Source of the DNA: Armatimonadota bacterium | GTDB taxonomy: Bacteria; Armatimonadota; HRBIN16 | Direction: 5' to 3' | Assembly: GCA_963677485.1 (NCBI GenBank) | Contig: OY781964.1 | Span: forward strand, 224,001 to 288,000 | DNA length: 64,000 nucleotides | Program-made: the position numbers and the translations under genes | Notes under the pieces: generated by a model | Told to the model about the DNA's origin: nothing | Database searches by the model: none | The model's input: the letters and a program-made list of their open reading frames with translations, nothing else | Shown: piece by piece, positions 1-9,344 of the stretch | How the letters are laid out: each line of letters starts with the position of its first letter | How positions within the stretch are numbered: the first letter of the stretch is position 1

Positions 1-3000
1 GATCTCCCATTGGTTGCGCAAACCTATCGCAGCCTCGGTCTCTCGCCCTGAGAAAGCATCACGAGAGCGATATTCGCTAAATACGTGCGCACTGCCCAGG
101 TAGTCAGTATCAATGCCGATCACTGAAGTCTGTTGAGATTGGTTGGCATTTAACAGGTATCTTCCCGACAGTGTGGAGTTGAACTCCTGCCGTGCATACA
201 GACGGCCACGGTTCGCGAATAGATATTCGCCACCTACTGCCAGCACATGTTTGGTAGCATCACTGATGTCCTGTTCATATTCTGAGTAGAAGGTGGCCGA
301 AGCCCATTTCGGTACCAGCTTAGTGATCTTCGCTCTAAAACTTGTGAAATTCACAGGAGGATCAGTCGTACCGCCTGTCGGTAACAGGGCTCTAGTCTCT
401 TCGGCATGACGAAAACCAAATTCCAGCCGAAGTTCAGGCGAAATCGACTGTTCTACGCTGGCGGAGATTCCTGTACGGTTCGTGCCCATGCTTCGGTCTT
501 CAGACTGGATAGCCTCGGTCATGAACCGCGTATTTTGATTGTGCAGGTATGAGATTTTCGACGATATCTCTACGCGCCCCTTACCGATTGAAGCAGCAGT
601 ATTTTCAAACGACATATCTGTGCTGGCAGCCATGATACGCGCCTGTAACTTACCGGTTTCATGCGAATATTCAACACGCTGCCCTGTGCCCTTACCGAGA
701 AGATCGCTAGACGTTTGAGCCAGTTCACCGGTCAGTTTCGTATTCGCGTTGATCATCCATTCTGCAGACAAACCGGACATAGACCACGGATTACCGGGGA
801 CATCTGCACTGACATATGTGCCTCTGAGTATGAGGTTCTTTTTGAGGTTCAGTCGCCCGTCTACTCCAGCAGTGACGTATTTGGGACCTCCAGAGTCTAC
901 CTCATAGCTGACACGTACTGAAACAGGGTTCATATTTTCATCGAAACTCGGCACCGGCGATTTGAACAGTATTGTCGCGTTATTCAGGTCGACTGTATAT
1001 TGAAAATACCTGGTCATAGGTGTCGTCTTCAAGATTACAGAAGGTTGATTGCGATCACGGACCAGGATTTCGACTCTCTCGGTATTGTCTACCATCAAGC
1101 CCGGGCCAAGACTGTATGGGCCCGACGTTCCGTTCGCCAACACCTCAACGATGTTCTGACGCATACTATCATAACTAGCGAAGAGATTGACTGCACTTGT
1201 GCCCGTCTCATGATGTGTCATCAAGCCTGTCAAGCTTCGGTTATAATTGCTTAGGTGCCGTCCTTCATCGGAAGTGCTCGTTGAGAAGTCACCGTACATC
1301 ATAAAGGACTGGCGTTTCTCAAGGCGAATATATGTTTTTTGGGATGTCTGACCGTCAAATCCTTTGATCGAGGAATCGCCATATACAGGGTAAAATTCGT
1401 CGGGCTGGATGTCTCTGAAGAGTCTACCAAGTTTGTCTTTGTTGGACTGGTATGCTAAAGTCAACAACGTGTCGTCGTTGATACGCCCTTTCATAAACAC
1501 GGAGGCTTGGCTGTGGCTCAGAACCGTCGATTCGTTCTGTGCCAATCCAAGATCAACTACACCAACCGCCAGCATAGGACGCAGATTGGGAACAAACTCC
1601 AATTTGACCTTGCTGGACATCAAGCCGCTGGAAACCCTCAAGTTGGTCACACAAGCCTCGCGCGGTGGCAACAGCTCATACTTACCTTCGCCTCCGTCCA
1701 AAAACACCTGAACCCCTTGCTCAAGTGGATTCAAGTCTGTGACATTCCATTCGGCTCCGTCATTTTCTAGCGTGATCGGTGTGCGTGTTTGCACCAAAAT
1801 CCCGTTCGAGTCCACTAATCTGATGATGATAGGTAAAGGTGCTTTTGTGTCTGCGACATGCTTTCCCTCAGGAACGACGATGTCGATCTTGCTTAAGGCG
1901 CCGGAGGTGACGACGTTGATTTTGGCCTCACCACGGTCGTTACCTAAGCCGTCACGTTGGGTGACGGTGACGACATTGGTTCCGGGCTTGAACTCAACGC
2001 CGATATACTCCCAAACCTCGATATTTTTAATGAAGTAAGTGTGCTTAGCACCGACTTGGTCATCAGATATCACCTTGCCATTCACCCGCAGGATAAATGT
2101 ACTTCCGATGCGTCCCTTCACGATCAGATTCCAGATTGGTATAGGCAGCACATCACCTGAGTTAATATCTACAAAACCCAGATCATTAGTAAAACTGGGT
2201 ATCCTGTCCACCAACGGAGCCGTCTGTGCAGCACGGACTGGTGCAGACGGTAAAGAGCTGTTGCCTTGCCCTGCAGAACTGCCTGGCAGGGGCAGGTTGT
2301 TAACTATCGACTCGTTGTTCCCGGACGTGTATCCACTGGCTAATGTAGATCGGGTTTCGCTGATATCTACAGGATTGGGCGTCACAGGTAGAGTAGTCGC
2401 TAATGCAATGGTGGTCTCGCCTTGGATCTTGGCCAGCGCCTTCTTGCGCAGAGCAGCCTCTTCTTTGATTTTGGGGTCACTGTTTTTGATGGCGAAATTC
2501 ACTTTCCGCATCTCGCCAAGCCGAATCTCCGCAAACGAGCTGCCCGGATCACCCACGCTCTCATGGCCTGCTTGTGAGAGCACCGCATTAGCCGGGAGTG
2601 ATAACAGGTCAACCTTGAGTACATGGGTTCCAGCAGATAAGGCATACAGACTGTATTTACCTTCGCCATCCGTAATCACAAAGGAGCCATCGTCTAGACA
2701 GATGCGGACCCCAGGCATCCCCTGCTCGGTGGGATCCACTATGCCGTTGCCATTGTCGTCAATAAACACCCTACCGATCACTACACCCTGATCTGTGAAA
2801 ACGCCCATCCGCAGTCGAACTTCAGACACGCCAACGTTCGATGATATCGGTCCATAACTAGAATTCGCTGCTGCCTTAGCCGTGTTCCTTAACACGCTCT
2901 CACGTGTTCCTGACTTTATACCAACACGATAAGAGACCACAACCGAACTACCGGGTTTCATCTCGTCGATCGTGAAGGACATGTTCGCTCCGTTCGCCAC

Positions 3001-5016
3001 AACGGGATCGTCCGCCTTTATCTTGTTGACATAGGTGGTACCAGGCATGTAGACCTCCCCGGTGGGCAGGGTGTCTGTGATGGCAACATCAGTTAAAGTG
3101 GTGCCTGTATCATTCTTAAGGCGCAAGGTGTAGTCGATCATCTCGCCCACTTCAACGGTCTGCTTTGACGAGCTCTTTTCCATGATGAACCCACTGCCCG
3201 CATTGAAATCTAATGGGATATCCAACGATATGGCCGATGACGCTACGGTAGTCATGAACTGCCCACCGTAGGAGGCCACAGGATCAACAGACCGACCGAC
3301 GGGTAATGATGAAGCAGGCAGTGTTGAAGGAAATACATAGTTACCTGGAGGTGTGACGATGATTTTATACGAACCGGGCACGACATATGGAAACCGGAAC
3401 ACACCATCGCTTCCTGTGGTCAATGGGTTGTTAACCGGTGTCACCCCATCCATTGCCAGCACCTTAGCTAGGCCACCGGCATCGCCGCCATTACTCACAC
3501 CCGTGACATCAACCAATGTGACCTGGGCGTTGGCAACTGGTGTGTTAGTGCGACTATCGAACACGACACAAAACGGGTCAACCGTAACGAAGTCGGTTAC
3601 GGTCTGTCCATACTGGTCGGTAAAGGTCGCAGTCAACTTGTCGTTTGGCCTGGTTTCTAGTATCCCATTCCCTGGTATCGCGGTAGATTGCGAAGCATCA
3701 GCCGTTACGATGGCCTGGTCTATGCGGAAGATACCTGTGTTAGGGCCAGTTTCAGTAGCCGTCACAGTTTCGCTGTCGCCTGTTAAGGCCGATGTAATGG
3801 TGATGTGGATAGTTTCTGCCATGCCAGGATCAAGGTTACACTCTGCAGCCATGATCTCCAAGAACAAGTGGTTACCTATGGCCTCCAGATCAGTCGGGCG
3901 AGCATAACCACTATCCCAATAGAATGAAATCTGAGGAGCTTTGCTTTCAACGGCTACCACTACCGCATTTGAGGTAGCCAGCAGATCGCCTGCCGTCGCC
4001 GGATCGACGCAGCGCAACCGAGCGGTGTTCCTGATATCGATATTAATGGTGTTGTGCAGCTTCACGCGTAACACACACTCGAATCGTTCCCCTGCATTCA
4101 AATGCCGGAGGCCATATGCCACACGGTCCACCGATGTGATATCTGAAGGAGCGGTACTGAAATATGAGTTTTGAGGGTCACCCAATCTGTGGTACAACAC
4201 AGTTCCGCTGCCATTTCCATGTAATTCAACAAAGGATGTATTGGCAGGGATATCATCCACACACATCACATATTTCTCATCGTGGCCGTTCACTTGGATA
4301 GTGGCAGGCAGCGCATCCACAAGCCCTGCATTTGCTCCTTGTATCGAAAAGTCCACAGACTCACCAGCGCGGGCAGATGCCTGCAATGCTGATTTTGTCA
4401 ACAAGAGTTCAACGGAACTACCTATCCTGAATGTATCGCGATTACTGGCGGACACGGCACTCAACACAGTCGTAGCCTGCAGTAGGATTATACACTTATC
4501 GCCGTATGGGATACCCGCAGGAATGACATTCGCGAAGACTAGTTGAACCCGTTGGCCAGGATCAAGCTCAATCGTGCTTCCATCGGCCATGTATGGCTCC
4601 CCAGAGTTGACCACACCATCACCATTCGTATCAACATATAGCCGAATGCTTGATATGGTATAGTTGGAGTCTTTATCGCACCAATATGATAGCTTGTATG
4701 TTGACTTAATATTCCCTGTGTTCTGAATTATATGTGAGGTGTATACTGTGTCACCTGGTACGCAGGCCACTGTGTTATCCGTCGTCAACAACAAGGATTC
4801 AAGAGGTTGTACGATCACACGAACGATGTTTGTTTGAAGTGTGTATTTCGCTCCCGTTTCGGGATCTGTATAGTGGTTGGTCGCCTGGTTTTCAATGACT
4901 GTACCGGCCATCGGAGCAGCACCGTAGGTAAGTGCAGCGCACCATAATAAAAATAGTATGGTTACACCGATTATCATACGGCGGATATTATCGATCCGTT
5001 GATTGTTGCTGCTCAT
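1..5016 (-). CDS. Large DUF11 (conserved repeat) / SdrD-B-like surface or outer-membrane protein, runs off the left edge (partial, about 1670 aa visible)
   Basis: Absent from the ORF track because there is no stop in the window. Hand translation from ATG 5016: signal peptide then AAPMAGTVIENQATNHY; internal IGRVFIDDNGNG..GVRICLDDGSFVITDGEGKYS; the same frame at base 1 reads ..DAFSGRETEAAIGLRNQWEI. The full frame was not checked codon by codon. Confidence 0.8.
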   Translation of the reverse strand, partial: MSSNNQRIDNIRRMIIGVTILFLLWCAALTYGAAPMAGTVIENQATNHYTDPETGAKYTLQTNIVRVIVQPLESLLLTTDNTVACVPGDTVYTSHIIQNTGNIKSTYKLSYWCDKDSNYTISSIRLYVDTNGDGVVNSGEPYMADGSTIELDPGQRVQLVFANVIPAGIPYGDKCIILLQATTVLSAVSASNRDTFRIGSSVELLLTKSALQASARAGESVDFSIQGANAGLVDALPATIQVNGHDEKYVMCVDDIPANTSFVELHGNGSGTVLYHRLGDPQNSYFSTAPSDITSVDRVAYGLRHLNAGERFECVLRVKLHNTINIDIRNTARLRCVDPATAGDLLATSNAVVVAVESKAPQISFYWDSGYARPTDLEAIGNHLFLEIMAAECNLDPGMAETIHITITSALTGDSETVTATETGPNTGIFRIDQAIVTADASQSTAIPGNGILETRPNDKLTATFTDQYGQTVTDFVTVDPFCVVFDSRTNTPVANAQVTLVDVTGVSNGGDAGGLAKVLAMDGVTPVNNPLTTGSDGVFRFPYVVPGSYKIIVTPPGNYVFPSTLPASSLPVGRSVDPVASYGGQFMTTVASSAISLDIPLDFNAGSGFIMEKSSSKQTVEVGEMIDYTLRLKNDTGTTLTDVAITDTLPTGEVYMPGTTYVNKIKADDPVVANGANMSFTIDEMKPGSSVVVSYRVGIKSGTRESVLRNTAKAAANSSYGPISSNVGVSEVRLRMGVFTDQGVVIGRVFIDDNGNGIVDPTEQGMPGVRICLDDGSFVITDGEGKYSLYALSAGTHVLKVDLLSLPANAVLSQAGHESVGDPGSSFAEIRLGEMRKVNFAIKNSDPKIKEEAALRKKALAKIQGETTIALATTLPVTPNPVDISETRSTLASGYTSGNNESIVNNLPLPGSSAGQGNSSLPSAPVRAAQTAPLVDRIPSFTNDLGFVDINSGDVLPIPIWNLIVKGRIGSTFILRVNGKVISDDQVGAKHTYFIKNIEVWEYIGVEFKPGTNVVTVTQRDGLGNDRGEAKINVVTSGALSKIDIVVPEGKHVADTKAPLPIIIRLVDSNGILVQTRTPITLENDGAEWNVTDLNPLEQGVQVFLDGGEGKYELLPPREACVTNLRVSSGLMSSKVKLEFVPNLRPMLAVGVVDLGLAQNESTVLSHSQASVFMKGRINDDTLLTLAYQSNKDKLGRLFRDIQPDEFYPVYGDSSIKGFDGQTSQKTYIRLEKRQSFMMYGDFSTSTSDEGRHLSNYNRSLTGLMTHHETGTSAVNLFASYDSMRQNIVEVLANGTSGPYSLGPGLMVDNTERVEILVRDRNQPSVILKTTPMTRYFQYTVDLNNATILFKSPVPSFDENMNPVSVRVSYEVDSGGPKYVTAGVDGRLNLKKNLILRGTYVSADVPGNPWSMSGLSAEWMINANTKLTGELAQTSSDLLGKGTGQRVEYSHETGKLQARIMAASTDMSFENTAASIGKGRVEISSKISYLHNQNTRFMTEAIQSEDRSMGTNRTGISASVEQSISPELRLEFGFRHAEETRALLPTGGTTDPPVNFTSFRAKITKLVPKWASATFYSEYEQDISDATKHVLAVGGEYLFANRGRLYARQEFNSTLSGRYLLNANQSQQTSVIGIDTDYLGSAHVFSEYRSRDAFSGRETEAAIGLRNQWEI

Positions 5017-5035
5017 CACGGTCTGTCGCCACCAA

Positions 5036-5088
5036 CTCCTGCCTGCACATGCTGTTCTATTTCTTGTCACAGCATGTGCAGGCAGGAG
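5036..5088. promoter_or_regulatory. Perfect 20-bp inverted repeat between two DUF11 genes (mRNA stability or attenuation hairpin)
   Basis: ctcctgcctgcacatgctgt (5036-5055) / acagcatgtgcaggcaggag (5069-5088), 13-nt loop, no U-tract. Confidence 0.6.
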
Positions 5089-5123
5089 CAATCCTGCTGT
5101 CAGTATTGCTCCTGCTTTCAACC

Positions 5124-7782
5124 CTACTGGTTGATCTTGACTTCGAAGTAGATTACAGCGGTTTGTCCAGGTGCCAACGACAGGATCGTTGCACTAACCG
5201 TTCCGACTGAACCTGCAGATGGGACCGTAATCGCGGTGAAGCTTGAGCCGCCGTCAAACGTGATGGCTCCCACTCCAGTAGCGCTCACCGTTCCGTCGCC
5301 AGCATGATATGTTGTATACGCTGGTGTGGAGTCGGTGATTACGATGTTAGAGTTTGTCGTGGTGCCAGTATTGGTTGCTGTGATCCGATAGCGGACACAC
5401 GAACCAGGTACTGCACCGGTGGTGATATTGGTTTGCTGGTATGCCCCTTCAGGGGTACCATTCCCATCAGCATCCAGAGCCTGCTCTTTAATGATGCGAA
5501 CGTCACCGGCGATCACGGTAGATGTGTCTTTGACGATCGCAGGAGCAGGAGCTGCTGTGCTGTATGTGCCTTGGGTTGTTGTAGCGGTCAATGTGCAGAC
5601 ATCGACGATACCTGCAGATGCGCCTGATGGAGCATAGACCTTCACGAAGAGAGTGGCCGATTCGCCAGGATCGAGCCCAGCACCGGTGCTTGCACCATTA
5701 AGGCCACCCACAAGTGAATCGAGACTATTAATAATGGCGTCACCGGAGTCCAGAACGCCGTTATTGTTTTTGTCCCAGTAAATCGCTGAACTAAAGCCAG
5801 ATTGAGTATCTGCTGTAGTCAAAGAGATCAAGCTGGCGAGACCATCACCTTCATGAACGTTACCGTTGTTGGCGATGGTATGGGTATAAACAACAGAACC
5901 ACCAGGGAATACCTGACCACTGTTGTTTGGCACTGTAGAGATATTCCGCATCATGTTGATGGTGACAGCATCGTGCTTGATGTCGAAGGCACCGGTTGTT
6001 GGCGACGTCACACGATAGTAAATGTTGTAGGTGCCAGCGGGTGCATTGGGAGCCGTATAGATATCGGAATGGACATGCATACTACCACCTGGTGCAATCA
6101 TACCTGTTTCAGATATGATTGTTTCGGTATCATTTTCATTTAGTATGCTCCAGCCGATTGGCAGCACGATAGTCGCAAATGTGGGGTCTGTACTGGCCTG
6201 TATGATATACGAGTCAGGAACTGAGCTCGTGTTGTTGACATACAGATCCATATCAACATGATATGCTGGCGGCACGGACTTGATGGTCACAGGCGAGCCT
6301 TCAGGACCTGTGCCCAGACCATCGGCTGCTGTCGCTCCATTGGCGATCGATCTGTTGTTGGTTAAGTCTACAGTACTGCGAGTGATCACGCTGACTGTAT
6401 CTGTGGTAGTCGCGAACTTCGTTGCATCTACTGAGGAAGTAGCAGTTTTGTCAACAGAGTAACCCTTATTGCCCCATGCATCAGCAGGCAGTTTTACCTT
6501 GACAACTACGTTATAGGTCGCACCAGGATCTAGAGGTCCTGTATCTGGTATGCTGTCTCCGTTGGTATCAAGCAATGGTGTCACGCCATCGCTGCGATAC
6601 AGAACGATAGTTGATCCTATAGGAAAGACATTGTTCGACAGAGTGATATCGAAGGTGTCGATACTGTTACCATTGTTTGTCACGACGTTGGTGAACGTCA
6701 CGGTGGCCCCTTGAGAAGAACTGGGCAGAGTCTGTCCAATAATAGCGACAGCGACAGTCGGGTCAACATAGAAGTCCGTTGTATTGGTACTTCCTGCGAT
6801 GATTGCGCCTGTTCCATCGTTGTATTCGTAGGTGGCCCTGTTGTAGATATCACCCGACATAGCATTGCTGTCGATTGAAACCTGGAAGCTAATTGATCCC
6901 GAGTTTGTCTTAGCCAATGTCGATATCTTTGCGGTGATGGTTCGGGTTCCAGCCGAGTAGCTGTAGTCGATACCTGCAGGGTCGCCACCAACCGCATCAG
7001 TAACCGGGGCTCCACTCCATTTTGCGCTACCGAGGATATAGGTCATTCCTACAGGAATCACATCGGTAATGACGAAATTAGTGGCATCCTGGTTGCCTGG
7101 GTTGGAGTAGGTGAATGTAAAAGTGACTGGCGATGTGCCCGTAAAGCCGTGGTAAATATCTTCAGCCTTGCTGATGACTATCACAGCGTTATTAGTCACA
7201 GTCACATTATCGGTATTCGAAGCTGTCTTCGTACCGTCAAACTGGCTGGTGGCCGTTACTGTCAGAACAGCCGTGCCACTTATCACGTTTGGAATCGTGC
7301 CCACGATCACAAACTTAAAGTTGCCGCCGGCAGGCACGGCACCTGTGGAGGTAATAGCCGCAGCACCTGGGTCTGCGATTCCATCTCCATTCGCATCTGG
7401 ATAAATCAGCACGCCAGTCAAGTCAAAACTGTCGCCTCCAGACTGCAAGATAGATAGATTGAAAGTGTCCGTCCCATTCCCTGTGTTATTAAGGGTGTGA
7501 GGGAAACTTACCAAACCAGACGGAGGTGCATACTTCACATTGTCCGAAGTTAATGTGAGGCTGGCTACCTGCTGAACTATGTTATTTATTAACAGCGTTC
7601 GATGTGACGTTGTGCACAGTTCCACTGGCATCAGTGTAGGTTGCAGATGCCTGGTTGCCGATGGAAGTGCCTGCTTCTGGAACCGCTGCCATCACCGGTG
7701 CCTGTGTATACAGGCCCATAGTTAACGCAATGAAACAGAGTTTCATTGCGTTAGCACCGAGTCGGAGCAAGGAGTTTTTCAT
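5124..7782 (-). pseudogene. Secreted multi-DUF11 fimbrial/adhesin-like protein, frameshifted near 7583-7590
   Basis: Signal peptide plus AGTSIGNQASATYTD..TSNAV in ORF 7582..7782; the continuation IVQQVASLTLT.. lies in another frame (5124..7631); TATT is duplicated at the junction. Confidence 0.8.
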
Positions 7783-7871
7783 CTGTTAATTCCTTTCTAG
7801 TTTTGTTATTACTGTTGCTACCATTACAGGTACCGCATGTCCAATACCGTTGTATGGAAGTGCGTAGTCGA

Positions 7872-8399
7872 TCAGCGGATTTTGGCTTTGTTAGTTTTCA
7901 CACCTGGTTGGGCAGAAAGCAGTTTGACCCGTGCTATCACGACCAGGTTCTTACCGTTTTCTTGTTTGCCCACCTTCCATTTGATAAACCTGTATGACTC
8001 CATAGGAAGCTTTATGGTCTTTTCCTTACCATTTGAGTCCTTAATCAGCTTCACTAATGGAATAGTAGAGAAATGTGATCCATCGGTACTAGCTTCAGCC
8101 TTGGAAGGCTTACAGCTGTCCTCAATGTAGACAGAACCTGCAGGAATGGGTAAGACTGGCTGTATAGCAGTAATCGTCTTCCCTGTTTGGTTCGTGAGTG
8201 TAAGTTGATATTCAATGATATCACCTGGGGTCGCTCGAGCAGCAGACACTAGTTGCTCTTTACCGTTTGAGCGAGAGACCTTGAAAGCAGCAAGGACGCT
8301 TGATACACCGGTTTTATCGGCTGCATGCGAAACAGCGAAGCCGGTAAGCAGGCAAAGCACTGAAATCGCTATGCCAGAAGCAGCGGAGACGAGTTTCAT
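7872..8399 (-). CDS. Small secreted DUF11-like protein, first gene of the operon
   Basis: Signal peptide, PGDIIEYQLTLTN motif, AGAGG-like RBS. Confidence 0.8.
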   Translation of the reverse strand: MKLVSAASGIAISVLCLLTGFAVSHAADKTGVSSVLAAFKVSRSNGKEQLVSAARATPGDIIEYQLTLTNQTGKTITAIQPVLPIPAGSVYIEDSCKPSKAEASTDGSHFSTIPLVKLIKDSNGKEKTIKLPMESYRFIKWKVGKQENGKNLVVIARVKLLSAQPGVKTNKAKIR

Positions 8400-9233
8400 T
8401 TAGACAACCTCTCTGTTGGTTACTATCAGGTCGGCCTGCTCTATGATAGATAGCCACAGGCTTCTCAACGCATACTACACCGGTTTCATGAAGCGTATTC
8501 ATTGGCTGTCAGTATGCGTAAGCTGGATTGGATACGACACAGCGGGGTGCCGTAGAATTCCATACATCCGTTTGAATGGACTGTGTCTGATACCCCATAC
8601 CAAAACATTCAGGAGAACCTTGGGTATGGGCTTAAGGAGGTTCAGCATATATACGATGAAGTATCACACGCAGTTTATCCAAGCTCCATTACACAGACGG
8701 CCGGATGATATACAACGAGTATACCTTAGGCTTCACCATAAACATGCGATTTACATCAAAATAGTAAACTAGTAGCAAAATCGCATAGCATTATGGTTGA
8801 AGTCTCATCGTCATCCACTTCCGTGAAGTCAGCGTCATGATCCTTCAACCCCCACTTCCCATTGCTGATTGTTTGTTCACTAGTATATGCAGGGTGTGCA
8901 ATGAGATGGTGGTGGTGGCGTGACGCAAAGAGAGTCCATAGTCAGTGGGTGATCGGCGGGGTCGATAAATACGGTCGGCCGACGAATGCTTACAATGGAG
9001 GGTTCACGACAGTTGCTGTCTATGATCGGCAACTTCGAGGCATGGGTGATGAAGTGATCCAGTTCCTGAGGAAAGCTTACGAACCGCCGACTCTGTTCGC
9101 CCGGTCCGGCACGTTAAGACCATTAGTTGAGGACAACCATATATACGATGGAGCAAGGAACTGATGCAGAGAAGAAGAGATTTTAATGCCTGGGTAGACA
9201 AGATCGAGTTTGAATTGAAAGTAATGCCGCGGT

Positions 9234-9264
9234 AAAAAAAAGCCTCAACCTTTCGGTTGAGGCT
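9234..9264 (-). terminator. Rho-independent terminator of tRNA-Met copy 1
   Basis: agcctcaacc-GAAA-ggttgaggct followed by a T-run on the minus strand. Confidence 0.85.
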
Positions 9265-9268
9265 AACA

Positions 9269-9344
9269 TGGGTGCGGGGGAAAGATTCGAACTTACGACC
9301 TCCGGGTTATGAGCCCGGCGAGCTGACCACTGCTCCACCCCGCA
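9269..9344 (-). tRNA. tRNA-Met (CAT), initiator-like, copy 1
   Basis: TGCGGGGTGGAGCAGTGGTCAGCTCGCCGGGCTCATAACCCGGAGGTCGTAAGTTCGAATCTTTCCCCCGCACCCA; three G-C pairs in the anticodon stem; encoded CCA. Confidence 0.95.

Noticed and set aside
8900-8950. c-di-GMP-I riboswitch (GACGCAAAG seen at 8922)
   Set aside because: Wrong strand for the DUF11 operon and lacks the GGCAAAC..GAAA P2 stem.
8862-9164. 100-aa hypothetical CDS
   Set aside because: No RBS or recognisable motif; cannot be supported.
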